From an uncultured Planctomycetota bacterium (GTDB lineage: Bacteria; Planctomycetota; Planctomycetia; Isosphaerales; Isosphaeraceae), in NCBI GenBank assembly GCA_963823665.1, contig CAWGMQ010000011.1:672001-736000 (forward strand): a DNA stretch of 64,000 bases, read 5' to 3'. Within the stretch, counting starts at the first letter, position 1, and each line of letters opens with the position of its first letter. Shown one piece after another: positions 34,473 through 45,453 of the stretch. Position numbers and translations under genes: made by a program. The notes under the pieces are model-generated. The model searched no databases and was not told where the DNA came from. It saw only the letters and a list, made by a program, of their open reading frames with translations.

Positions 34473-35772
34473 ATGAACAAGAAACGCGGGGCGTCGCGAT
34501 CGGCGCGCGCCGGCACAGCGGCTCCGCCGAGCTCGGCGGCCGAGAGGCGTAGGGCACTGGATGTCGAGCGGGTTCTGCGCTGGGCCGATGCCCACCGCAC
34601 GGCGACCGGGCAATGGCCTGACCGGGGTTCCGGGTCGGTCAGCTCGGTGGACGACGAGAACCTGGTCAGCGATCGACACCGCCTTGAGGCGGGGCCGACG
34701 CGGGCAACCTGGGGGATCGTCGCTGGCCATACTGCTGGCCGAGGAGCGCGGAGTCACGCAAGGGGCTAACCCGGAGTCGCCGGTCGACCGGCTGCGAGCC
34801 TGGGAGGCCGAGCAGTTCCCGACACGGCGGCCACGGCGCCACCGCGCGGCGCGACCGCGCGCGACCACCCGCCTCACGATCGACTTGATCCTGGCCTGGG
34901 CCGACGCGCATCACGCGGCCAACGGCCGGTGGCCGACTGCGTGGTCGTCCGGTCCGGTCTCTGGCGTGCCCGTCGAGACCTGGCCGAGGCTCGACCGCGC
35001 TCTGCGGGTCGGCCGCCGCGGCCTGCGCGGCGGTATTACGCTGGCCCAGTTGCTTGCCGAGCACCGCCAGGCTCCTAACATCTACACGGAGCCATCGCTG
35101 ACGGCCGGGCAGATCATCGCCTGGGCCGAGGCGCACCGCGCCGCCACCGGCCGCTGGCCGTCATCGCGGTCCGGCCCGGTGCGCCACGCCGAGGGCGAGC
35201 ACTGGAACTCGATCGACAACGCCCTGCGCCAGGGCTACCGCGGCCTGCCCGGACGCGAGTCGCTCGGCCGCGTGATTCGCGCGCACGCCGGTCCGCACGC
35301 GTACCGGACCCGCCCCGCGCTCACGGTCGAGCAGCTCCTCGCCTGGGCCAGCGCCCACCGCGAGGCCACCGGCGAGTGGCCCGGCGAAGATTCCGGGTCG
35401 GTCCGCGGGGTACCTGGGGAGAACTGGAAGGCGATCAGCCTCGCGCTGTGCCGGGGCAGTCGCGGCCTGCCCGGCGGCTCGTCGCTCGCACAGCTACTGG
35501 CCCAGCACTGCGGCGCCCGCAACCAGCGGGACCTACCTCGTCTCTCGATCGCGCAGATCCTCGCCTGGGCCGACGCCCACCGCGCTGCGACCGGCCGCTG
35601 GCCATCGGCGATCTCCGACCCCGTGGCCAAGGGATCGGAGGAGACGTGGTCACTCGTCAATATGGCCCTGCACAAGGGCCACCGCGGCCTGCCCGGCCAC
35701 TCGTCGCTGGCCCGCCTGCTGGCGAAGCACCGGGCGCTGCGACCGCGGTGCGCGGCTCGGAGGCCGGCCTGA
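34473..35772 (+). CDS. Protein of five ~65-aa Trp-containing repeats (frameshift near 34660)
   Basis: L...IL.WADAH..ATG.WP...SG.V.....E.W..I..AL..G.RGLPGG.SLA.LL repeated five times across ORFs 34473 and 34561. Confidence 0.75.
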
Positions 35773-35828
35773 TCAGCTCCGGTCTGGCCGCCGCTGACGA
35801 TCTTGAACGAGGTCGGCTGGATGGTCAT
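35745..35828 (-). pseudogene. N-terminal fragment of SLOG/putative molybdenum-carrier family protein
   Basis: KIVSGGQTGADQAGLRAA motif; ATG coupled (TGATG) to upstream hydrolase stop. Confidence 0.65.
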
Positions 35829-36463
35829 CAAAGATGATTCAGGAAGTCACTGAGCGCTTGCGGATCAGCAGTCGGGCTCACTCCGTGCGGGCCTTCGTAA
35901 TAATACACGTGCTCGCCCGGGAAATCCTGATTGAAATACATGGTGCTCGGCCCGGCAACGACGTTGTGATCGCGCGACCCGAAGGCATCAATCTCATAAG
36001 CACTCGTGTTCCCCGGCCCGCTCAGCAGGCGGATGATGGCTGGGTTCAAATGGGCGTGTCCCGTCACAAAACGGTAATCGCGATCGCCATGGTGAAAAGC
36101 CAGATAATCTCTCAAGTCCGGCGGCCCGTAGAAAGCCGCAGCGGTCTTGACGTTCAACCCCGGTATCCCGACCAGGCGCAACGCCAGCGTGCCGCCGGCG
36201 CTGAAGCCGATTAACCCGATCGGCTGACCCTTGCTGAGCGAGCGAACCTCGCTCGCAACCTGGTAGAACGGGCCTGGCCCATTCATCGCAGGCATCGTCA
36301 ACTGGATCGCGCGGTCGCCGTGTGAGTCGAGCAGCGCGGCTGTGTTTTGCGTCAACTGATTCGGTGTGGCCTCACCAAAGCCGTTGCCGTTGAAAACGAA
36401 GACCAGGCTCGACAAGCTTCGAGCTTCCAGTTGCTCGATCGATAATGGGCGGCGTCGTTTCAT
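35828..36463 (-). CDS. Planctomycete extracellular alpha/beta-hydrolase-like protein
   Basis: EQLEARSLSS leader, GFSAGG, D (RDHNV), H (GPHG). Confidence 0.75.
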   Translation of the reverse strand: MKRRRPLSIEQLEARSLSSLVFVFNGNGFGEATPNQLTQNTAALLDSHGDRAIQLTMPAMNGPGPFYQVASEVRSLSKGQPIGLIGFSAGGTLALRLVGIPGLNVKTAAAFYGPPDLRDYLAFHHGDRDYRFVTGHAHLNPAIIRLLSGPGNTSAYEIDAFGSRDHNVVAGPSTMYFNQDFPGEHVYYYEGPHGVSPTADPQALSDFLNHL

Positions 36464-36584
36464 GGTGATCTCTCATCGATGCAGATGCGGCGACGGGCGG
36501 CGGGTGCCGGATTCTCCTTGGCTACATCGTCCCACTGGTCACCGGCCAGCGACAGGGTGACCGGCACACTCACGATCGCGTGGG

Positions 36585-37977
36585 TCAAGCGACGATTTCC
36601 AGAATAGGGCGGCCCCACGGAACCAGCGCAAACGGGCGCTCGAGTCGGTCGCGAAGCTCGAGGTCGGCAGGTATTCCCAGGCAATGGTAAATCGTCGCGA
36701 TGATTTCGGCAGGAATTACCGGAGAACTGTTGGGCCGTGCCCCGATCTTGTCGCTCGACCCGTGGACGTAGCCGGCCTTCACGCCGCCGCCGATGAGCAT
36801 GAGGCTGTAGCAATAGTTCCAGTGGTCGCGGCCGGCCGCCGCATTGACCTTGGGGCTGCGGCCGAACTCCCCCATGACCACGACCAAAGTGCGTTCAAGC
36901 ATTCCGCGCGAGCAGGTCCTCGATCAGTGTGCCGAGGGCCGCGTCGAGCCCGGGGAGGAGCTCGTTCTTGAGTTTGTTGAAATTGTCGCCGTGCGTATCC
37001 CAGGTGGCGTTGGCGTTGGGCGCCCACGAGATGCAGGCGACCCGCGTGCCGGCCTCGATGAGCCTGCGCGCCAGGAGCGTGCTTTGGCCGTAGATGTTGC
37101 GGCCATAGGAGTCGCGCAGGCGGGGATCCTCGCGGTCGAGTTCGAACGCGCGCCGGGCCTTCGCGGCGGTGAGCAGATCGAACGCACGGGCCTGGAAGCC
37201 GTCCATCTCCTGGAGCCGACGGTCGCGCGCGAGCGCCTCGGCCACATGCCCCACGCCGGCGAGGAGCCGCTTGCGATTGCTGAACCGAGCGAGCCCGACC
37301 CCTTCGGGGAGCCCAAGCTCCGGCATCCCGAAATCCGGCGCGTTGGGGTCGTTGAGTATAAACATGGGGTCGACATTTCGGCCCAGCCAGCCGCCGAAGA
37401 AACCCGGCTGCGGCGGACCGCCGGCCCCTTCGGCCGTGATGTACGGCATCGAAACATAAGGTGGAACCACCGCCCGGGGGGGACGGCAAAGGCTCACGAC
37501 CGAACCCATCGCCGGGTAATCGTTCGGGCCCGTGCCGATCGCCACCGTTGCGTCGCCGCGATCATGACCGGTCAGGCCGACGTAGACGGCCGCTGCGTGC
37601 GCATTGTTCACGCTGTGGTGGACCGACCGGATCAAGGTTGCGTGGTGCATGAACCGCGCCAGGCGGGGCAGGTGCTCGCAGACGGGGACGCCGGGGAAGC
37701 TCGAGTCAATCGGCCTGAACTCTCCGCGGATCTCCGCGGGTGCGTCCGGCTTCATGTCCCACATATCGAGGTGGCTCGGCCCGCCATCGAGGAACAGAAT
37801 GATGCAAGCGTCGGCACGCGGCGTCAGCCCGGTGCCGTTCGGTTGCGCCTCGGCCCGCAGCAGGCGGGGCAGGCTCAACCCCATACATGCCGCGCTCCCC
37901 ACCTGGAGCATCGTGCGGCGCGAGACTCGCGAAGGTCCAGGGCATCGAGGAAAGTCAATCAAGGCTGAACTCCTCAA
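36585..37977 (-). CDS. DUF1501 domain protein (frameshift near 36900)
   Basis: SRRTMLQVG, LDGGPSHLDMWDMKP, WDTH, MGEFGRSPKVN, GRDHW across two ORFs. Confidence 0.88.
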
Positions 37978-38327
37978 CTGCGGGCGTCCCGACGCGGCTC
38001 AATGGAGACCAAACCAGCCGTTTGTGACCCAGAGCGGCAGCGATCGATTGCCCTGCGTGCCTTCTTGAGCTGGGGATTTAGGATTCGAAGTTAGCTGCGA
38101 AGCGTTGAGGACATATTGGCCTGACGTTGCAAATACGTTGCTGCCCCTCCGGTTGCGTAAAAATCACATAGCAAACATATTGAACCAACATTGGGTTCAC
38201 ATGGGCAATATCTTCCCCTGTTTTTCCCCTGCGATTCTGACATCCCCCGTACCGTGAGCGGCTGACCTCCCGGTGTGCTAGCCCAAGTTTTCTATCAATC
38301 CTTTCCATTTCTTGTTATTCTTTAATC

Positions 38328-38483
38328 GGTTGGTCTGACGACTGAGTGGAACCGCTGGGTCTTCCCGATCTGGTCGATGCTTCTCCCTCGACTTATCCAC
38401 CAAATGGGCTTCAACCGAAGCCCCTTTCTTCTCGACCCTGAAAGCATCCCGAGGGTCGTCAGACTTTTGTTCGGAGTTCAATC
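38328..38483 (+). promoter_or_regulatory. Structured 5' leader of RRM gene 1 (candidate cis-regulatory RNA)
   Basis: Shares GGTTGGT..GACGACTGAGTG and CCCTTTCT..TCGACCC.GAAAGCA blocks with the leader of RRM gene 2; several stems. Confidence 0.55.
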
Positions 38484-38822
38484 GTGGGTAAGAAGCTGTA
38501 TGTGGGCAATCTGACTTACAACGTAGACGAGTCCGCCCTGGAGGCGTTGTTCACGCCGTTCGGGTCGGTCCAGAGCGCACAGGTCATCGTCGATCGGGAC
38601 ACCAACCGCTCGAAGGGGTTCGCATTCGTGGAGATGGGCTCTGACGCCGAGGCGCAGGCAGCCATCCAGGGTCTCAACGGTCACGACCACGACGGCCGGA
38701 ACCTGACGGTCAACGAGGCTAAACCACGGGAGGAACGTGGGGGCGGTGGCGGTGGTGGTCGGGGCGGCTACGGCGGCGGTGGTGGTTATGGAGGTGGAGG
38801 CGGTGGCGGTCGGCGTTATTGA
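38484..38822 (+). CDS. RRM RNA-binding protein with Gly-rich tail
   Basis: RNP2 LYVGNL, RNP1 KGFAFVEM, VNEAKPR, GGGGY repeats. Confidence 0.95.
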   Translation: MGKKLYVGNLTYNVDESALEALFTPFGSVQSAQVIVDRDTNRSKGFAFVEMGSDAEAQAAIQGLNGHDHDGRNLTVNEAKPREERGGGGGGGRGGYGGGGGYGGGGGGGRRY

Positions 38823-38842
38823 GCATTCGATACTGCCGCAGG

Positions 38843-38876
38843 GTCAAGGAGCTTCCTCAACGGGGGCTCCTTGATC
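38843..38876 (+). terminator. Hairpin downstream of RRM gene 1
   Basis: TCAAGGAGCTTCC-TCAAC-GGGGGCTCCTTGA stem; weak U-tract. Confidence 0.45.
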
Positions 38877-39197
38877 GACTTGATAATACAGTAATAACGA
38901 GAGATAAGCTGGCGGGCAGATTTTGACACCGGGATGCTGAATCGCCTGGTCCCTGTGCTCTGTACGATCCGCTCCTTCTCGCTTCCACCTCAGAAAGCAT
39001 CTCGGCTTGACGCCCCCCGGCGAACAGGGTGATGTATTGCCCTGCCTCCGTCCCGTCACACCCCTTTGCAATCGGTTGCCCTCTCTTGTTTGCAGAAATG
39101 CTCCCTCGTGTCCGAAATGCACACCGCTTCCTGGCGGTTCGATAGAGTTGACCGTTTAGTCATTTCTTTTTGTATTCAGATAAGTTATACTTCAAGT

Positions 39198-39357
39198 GGT
39201 TGGTTCGACGACTGAGTGCGCACTTTGGATTCCCATCGAATCGCTTTCTGTTTCCCCTCTCGCCTTTCCCACCTCCTGGGCTCCTGTGTGTGCCCCTTTC
39301 TCATCGACCCAGAAAGCAATCAAGGGATCGACAAATCTTTTAAACAAGGAGATTAGC
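39198..39357 (+). promoter_or_regulatory. Structured 5' leader of RRM gene 2
   Basis: Homologous blocks to 38328-38483; TATACT just upstream; AAGGAG RBS. Confidence 0.5.
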
Positions 39358-39666
39358 GTGGGGAAAAAATTGTATGTTGGAAATTTGACCGATGCGGTGA
39401 CTCACTCCGATCTGAAAAAATGGTTCATCCCGTTCGGGACGGTGCAGAGCGCTCAGGTGATCCAGGATCGTGAGATGGGAGGCAGCAGAGGGTTCGGTTT
39501 TGTCGAGATGGACACCGACGCCCAAGCTGAAGCTGCTATTCAGGGACTCAATGACCACGAACACGACGGGCGGCGGCTAGTGGTGAGCGAAGCCAAGCCA
39601 CGGCTAGCACAAACCTTCAGACTCGCCGGTGGCAGCGTTGGTGGTGGTGGTAATGGACGTCAGTGA
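39358..39666 (+). CDS. RRM RNA-binding protein (second paralog)
   Basis: GTG start after AAGGAG; LYVGNL, RGFGFVEM. Confidence 0.92.
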   Translation: MGKKLYVGNLTDAVTHSDLKKWFIPFGTVQSAQVIQDREMGGSRGFGFVEMDTDAQAEAAIQGLNDHEHDGRRLVVSEAKPRLAQTFRLAGGSVGGGGNGRQ

Positions 39667-39792
39667 TCCCTACGATGCCGCCGATCGGTCTAGTGACCAT
39701 CTTCGTGACCTCTGGCTTGCCGATCATTTGAATCGAAGGAATAGGGCTGACTCATCAAAGCTCCCATCAGCGTTCTCACAGACCAGGTACCC

Positions 39793-39996
39793 ATGATATT
39801 TCCCAAGTACCGCCACGCTCCGATCATTGATCCCGATCGGAAACGCTGCCCAGTTTGCCACCAAAGCGTTTATTCACTGGCAGGAATTCATCCTCAATGT
39901 GCGATCAAGCGAGCTGATGCTCTGGAATCATTGAGCAGGAAGGCGGCATCCAAAGCTGGTTCTCCAGTCGTTGTCGTCGCTCTTCGGACGGGGTAG
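39793..39996 (+). CDS. Small putative Zn-binding protein
   Basis: CPVC....YS..GIHPQC (C2HC spacing), 67 aa. Confidence 0.6.
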   Translation: MIFPKYRHAPIIDPDRKRCPVCHQSVYSLAGIHPQCAIKRADALESLSRKAASKAGSPVVVVALRTG

Positions 39997-40007
39997 GACC
40001 GATGGAT

Positions 40008-40071
40008 CAGAATGCCAGTGCCCGACGCTCGGCAAACGGTGGGCGTCTGACATCCCGGTGTCTGACATCCC
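40008..40071 (+). mobile_element. MITE/REPIN-like element copy G (right part, 15-bp tandem duplicated end)
   Basis: GCCAGTGCCCGACGCTCGGCAAACGGTG then GG(C/T)GTCTGACATCCC twice. Confidence 0.78.
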
Positions 40072-40089
40072 TTTCGGGCAGCTATCGCT

Positions 40090-43004
40090 TCACGGCGCAA
40101 ATGGGTTGGCCGGGAAGCCGCGGTCGAACAGCTCGGCCAGCAGGCGGCGGAAGTCGTCGCGACCGCGCAGTGGGGCGAGGTCGGGATCGCGGCTGGTCTT
40201 GGCGGCATCATTCCACCCGGCGGCGATGGCCTGCTTGAGCGTCTGGACCGCTTGGGCCGCCAAAGCCTGCTGTTGCTCTCCCCGCGCGAGCCGGACGCAG
40301 AGCGCGAGGGCAGCGCCCACGTTGTAAAAGTCGACAGGGTTGTGCTGCGCCAGCGCTGCCAGCTCCCGCGTTGTCTGGATCGCCTCGGCCGGCTGATTCA
40401 GCGCGCCGTGCACTTTCACGAGATTGACCATGTGGGCACGGAGAGCCCGTGGATAGACCGGATGACCGGGCATTGCCTTTAGCGCCGCCCGCTGAGACCC
40501 GATCGCCCGCTCCAGCCGCTCGAGCGCCTGCCTCCATCGGCCCTCGCTCATGTCGAACTCGGCGACATTATTCAGAGCGATGCCCAGACTGCTTTGATAG
40601 GAATGAACCGATGGATGGTCGCGCGCCAGCCGCTCGCAAATCTCCAGGGCCCGCCGGCACCAGTTCAGTGCCTCGGCCGCATGACCCGTGGCGTTCAAGA
40701 CAAAGCTGATGTTCATGCAGTCTTCGGCCAGTTCGCTCTGAAGCTGGGTGACGGAGGGGTTGTCGCGGGCAAGCTGCTCACGAACCTCGAGCGCCTTGCG
40801 GTGCCACTCGAGCGCCTCGGCCGGATCGCCCGCGTTGTACGCCAGGATGCCGATGTTGTAGTGGATCTTGGCGCGGTCGCTCTGGAACGCGATGTCGCCG
40901 GGATGGTCGTGCGCCAGCCGCTCGACTATCTCCAGCGCTTGCCGGCATGACTTCATCGCTTCAGCCGGCTGACCGACCAGGAAAAGCGTCGTGCCGAGGT
41001 TGTCGTAGGTACTCGCCAAATCGCTCTGGTACTCGGTTACGGCGGGATGGTCGCGGGCCAGCCGCTCGCGAATCGTCAGGGCATTCCGGTACGCCTCTAG
41101 CGCCGCCGCCGGATCGCCGGCCATGCGCAGCAGGTTGCCGATGTTGTTGTGGCTGTAGGCAAGATCTCGCTGATAGTTGGCGACCGTGGGATTACCACCA
41201 AAGAGCATCTCGCGGATCGCCAGCGCTCTTCGGTGCGACAAGAGCGCGGCGGCCGGATCGCCCGTGGCGATCAACAGGTTGCCGATGTTGTTGTGGCTTG
41301 CGGCCAGATCGCTCTGGTACTCGCTCTGGGTGGGGTGGTCGCGGGCCAGCCCTTCGAGGATGGCGAGCGCCTCGGTATAGGAGCGAATCGCGTCGGGGAT
41401 GGAGCCAATCTCCGCGGTCGTTCCGGCGAGTTCAAGTTTTGCCCCGGCGAGCCTCGCCAGGGATTCGGCACGGGTGCCGCGGTCGGCCTGGAGCTGATCG
41501 GTAAGCTTGCGGAAGAACTCGAGCGGCTCCCTGAGGAGGGCTTTGCGCAGGGGAGCCAGCTCGAGGTGGTTCTTCAACCCGGCATTGGCCGTGACAGCGT
41601 CGCGGAACTTCTTCACCGCGTCGATGGCCAGCTCCTCGCGCGCAGCGCCAGTTGCCGCTGCCGGCCCAGCTCCCGGTTGTTGGCGACCAGCTCGGCGTTC
41701 TTGCCCGCCAGGACTGTGGCGAAGCCGGCCAGGCCAAGCACGCTTAGAACCAGCACGGCGGCCGTGCTGATTACCAGCGTCCGCCGCCGCCGCAGCCAGC
41801 GCCGCGCCTGAAGCGCGATCGGCTCTGGGTAGGCCGTTACCGGCTCGTCGGCCAGCCACTTGATCATGTCATCGGCCAAGGCGCGCGCCGAGGCATAGCG
41901 GTCAATGGCGCGTGCCGCCAGTGCCTTCAAGCAGATCGCCTCCAGGGCCCGCGACAGCCGCGGATCGCGCTGGCGGGGCGGCACGATCGCCGCGTCACGC
42001 ACCGCGCCAAGCCGGTCGGGGCCGCGCAGGGTCGATTCGTCGAAGGCAGACTTCCCCGTCACAATTGCGTACAGGATCAGGCCCAGGCTGAAAATGTCGC
42101 CGGCGGGGACGGCCGGCTCGCCGCGGGCCTGCTCCGGGCTCATGTATCGTGGCGTGCCCAGGACCTCGCCCGTGGCCGTGATGTCTTCCGGCGACGGGCT
42201 GGGCGACGGGAGCTCGCTGTCCCCCTCGCTCGCTGGCTCGGCCGCGCCGAACGGCTTGGCCAGGCCCCAATCCATCACCAGTGTTTCACCGTAGGGGCCA
42301 AGCATGAGGTTCGACGGCTTCAGATCGCGATGCACGACCCCCTGGTCGTGGGCGTAGGCCACCGTGTTGCAGATCGCGATGAAGTGTTGAAGCAGCGCGC
42401 GGAGCCGCAGGCTCCGGTCGCCGGGATCGGGCGGAAATGGCTCCGGTCTGTGGAAGGCGTTGATCGCCTCCTGGAGCGTCCGGCCCTCGATCAAGGGCAT
42501 GGTGTAAAACGGCCCCCGGTCGTCCTGGCCCAAGCCGTAGATCGGCACGATGCCGGGGTGCTGGAGCCGAGCAGTCAGCACGGCTTCGCGCAGGAACCGC
42601 CGCCGCGCCACCTCGCGCAGCCGGTCGGGACGGATCCGCTTGAGGGCCACGGTGCGGTCGAGCTCTTCCTCGTGAGCGGTGACGACGACCCCCAGCCCAC
42701 CATGGCCATGATGCGAGCGAGGACGATACACCGCCGTGGCGCGCAAGACCTCGGGCAGATCATCAGATTCCCTGGCGGCGCGGCGGGCGCGGTCCGCGGC
42801 CGCTAGATTCGGTTGCCGCACTTCCGTGTCGAGGACCGAGTCGATGGCTTCCAGCGCCTCGATGCGGCGCCGCACCTCCGGTTCCAGCTCCGGGTGGGCG
42901 CAGCACAGCTCCTCGATCGTTGCGGGGGTACCGTGCTCCCGCATCACTTCCCAGCGGTCGACCAGCTCATCGACGTTTGTCTTCGTTTCCATGGGTGCCG
43001 TCAC
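40090..43004 (-). CDS. Ser/Thr kinase with TM and TPR array (frameshift near 41640)
   Basis: GHGGLG, HRDLKPSN, DWGLA, GTPRYMSPE; TPRs LA.SHNNIG.L; end DPDLAPLRGRDDF. Confidence 0.9.
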
Positions 43005-43023
43005 CTCGCGATTCGAGCGATCA

Positions 43024-43644
43024 TCAGCGGGGCAATCGGCCTTCCAACCGCTCGTGGAGCTTGAGCCGGGCCGACCGCCAGCGATACCTCACGACTCGCT
43101 CGGTGACGCCCAGCAGGGTGGCCGCCTCGGCATGGGGCAGGCCTTGATACCACAGGAGATCAAAGATCTCCTTCTCATCGCCGGGCAGTGCCTCGATCTG
43201 GTCGTGGAACTCGGTCCAGTCCGCCAGCCGGGCGGGGTCGTCGGTGTCGGTGCCCGGGTCAGCCGGGACAGGCGGGTGCCCCGCCTCATCCCGTCTGCTC
43301 GCGCGGGCCTGACGGCGACCCAGGCCCTCCGGGCCGTCGTAATGCCGCGCCAGATCGATCAGCTCCCGGCGGATCTGCAACGCGGCCAGGTTGATGAAGC
43401 TGCGCACCGACGCGGGCTTGACCTCCTCGAGCGATCGGCAGAGCCGCAGCGCGGCGTTTTGCACCACGTCGTCGGTCTGCTCCCAGCGCCGGACGCCGGG
43501 GTAACTCCGGAGCATCTTGCGGGCCAGCCGGCTGAGCCGGTCGCAGGCGATCATCAAGAGCTCGTCCCGCGCCGTCGCGTCGCCAGCCCGCAGGCGGTCG
43601 AGCCGGAGCTGGATCTGGGTCGACGAGTGTGATGCATCGTCCAT
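43024..43644 (-). CDS. ECF sigma factor, kinase-associated
   Basis: RAGD..ARDELL, QTDDVVQ, RRELIDLAR, sigma4 EAATLLGVTERVVRYRW. Confidence 0.9.
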   Translation of the reverse strand: MDDASHSSTQIQLRLDRLRAGDATARDELLMIACDRLSRLARKMLRSYPGVRRWEQTDDVVQNAALRLCRSLEEVKPASVRSFINLAALQIRRELIDLARHYDGPEGLGRRQARASRRDEAGHPPVPADPGTDTDDPARLADWTEFHDQIEALPGDEKEIFDLLWYQGLPHAEAATLLGVTERVVRYRWRSARLKLHERLEGRLPR

Positions 43645-43995
43645 GGAAGCAGTCCGTCTATCGGGCGATTGCCGCCTGAGGAGCTCCGCCCGCGCGCTCG
43701 ATATGGCGAGATCAATGCTTCCACTCTATGCGCGCCGGTGAAAAAAAACACGCGGATTCTCGAACTGCCGTCGTCGCTGATCACGGCGGCTTCCGCTCTC
43801 CTAGGGTAGAAACTCGTTGCGGGTCGAGGGGACTCGGGCCCGCGAGCAATCAGTCGGTCGGAGCCCCGCGCCTCGCGGTGGCCTCGCCATCGTACCTGGC
43901 GAAGGTGGAATGCAAGGCCACATCGCGGGGTGATAGCCTCGGCGCGTCGCGGTGACCGCCGGGTGGGATCGCAGTCCACCTTTCGGAGGAACACA

Positions 43996-44855
43996 ATGAA
44001 TTCTCTCTTTTCGCGCAGTTTTGCCTGTGCGGTCGTTTTGATGGCACTTGGTGCGACGAATCAGGCCCGCGCCGGCGGACTTCTGAGCGTTTCCGATGCC
44101 TCGGAAATGATTCAGTCAACCGCTACGGACAACGACGTGGCGTTACTCACCTCGTTGTTCGGGTATCAACCGCAAACTTTCAGTTACAGCTCGACGTCTA
44201 CGCCAACTGCGTGGGCGGGGCGCTTTCGGGCACGTACCTTGGGTCAGGTCTCAACGTCGCGTATTTGGGTGATCTTTCCAGCTACTTGTCCACGGGCGTG
44301 GTGACGTGGACGAGCGCAGGCACTTACGGGACCCAGAGCTGGAGCGGCTCCGGCAGCGCCACGATCGCAGATTCCTCGGCAACGACGTTTACGGTGACCC
44401 TTACGGAGTCCCTTGCCATCGGTACCAGCACGGCTTCGATGAACTATGTCATCCCCGGCACGGTGCTCGCGAACGGAACGGAAATGTTCGGGAGCCAGCA
44501 GAATCAAGAGGCTGGAACGGGAACAGTGACCCTGAACGGCGTCGCATTCCTGAACATACTAGCTGACTCATGGTATAAGACTGGAAAGTGGCTTCCCGAT
44601 ATACCCTCTGATTACTATGATTCCAAGGGGGTCCCTCAGTACTACCCTCCTTTCGTCGGCGGAGACAACTACTTCAAGGCGTCGCCGGCTCCGCCTCCTT
44701 CCAACGGTTCTTTTAGCCTGACGGGCGTTATTACCGTTAACTCCGTTCCGGAGCCCTCCGGTTCCCTCTTGCTGAGCTTCGGCCTTTTCGGAGTGCTGGG
44801 CTTCTTGCATATCGGCACGAAAAGGATCAATCGGGGGTCAGTAAAGGGGTATTGA
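43996..44855 (+). CDS. PEP-CTERM sorted secreted protein (frameshift near 44220)
   Basis: GGAGG RBS, signal peptide NQARA, Ser/Thr-rich body, VPEPS + TM + basic tail. Confidence 0.8.
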
Positions 44856-44861
44856 GCACTT

Positions 44862-45017
44862 TTAGTGGCCGGAATTGATCGTGTAATTCCACTCGCCGTG
44901 GAATTTAGCACGTTTGATGCGGAGATGCGCGAGTTCTTCGTCGCTGACCGTGACGCCGGTATCGTATTCGTTGGAGTCAATGGCTGCTCGGACGACGAGG
45001 CCAGTCTTGGATGTGGA
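44862..45017 (-). pseudogene. ISAzo13-family transposase C-terminal remnant
   Basis: Manual translation STSKTGLVVRAAIDSNEYDTGVTVSDEELAHLRIKRAKFHGEWNYTI. Confidence 0.8.
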
Positions 45018-45453
45018 CTGGGACCTCGACACAGCGTTTACCGTGCGGGGCAGCCCGCGAGGTTGGCCACGTGGTGGACGCCCGGGCGCACGGCGAATTC
45101 TCGCAGGCGCACGGCTGGCGGCGAAGAAACGGCCGAATGGGTGAGCGCCTCAGTGTGATCGACGGGAGTTACCTGAATCGCCGGTGGTTGTCGAGAATGC
45201 GATGCGTGTCCTTGTTCTTCACCGTGACCCCTTTCTTTCATTCGTGGGATTCGTCAGATTCGTGGTACCTCTTCCCCGCTCCGGGCCACCCAACACGACG
45301 ATCCGACAGAGTCGCACGCTTCGATTGCCCGGACTAAGACGCAATAAGAGGCCCTGACAAGTACTTCCCGCACACCTCGCCGACGATTTCTCGGAACTCC
45401 CGTACGGCTGGCTGAACGTCGCGTGTGACCGCAGGTCGCCTACGGCACTGAAT

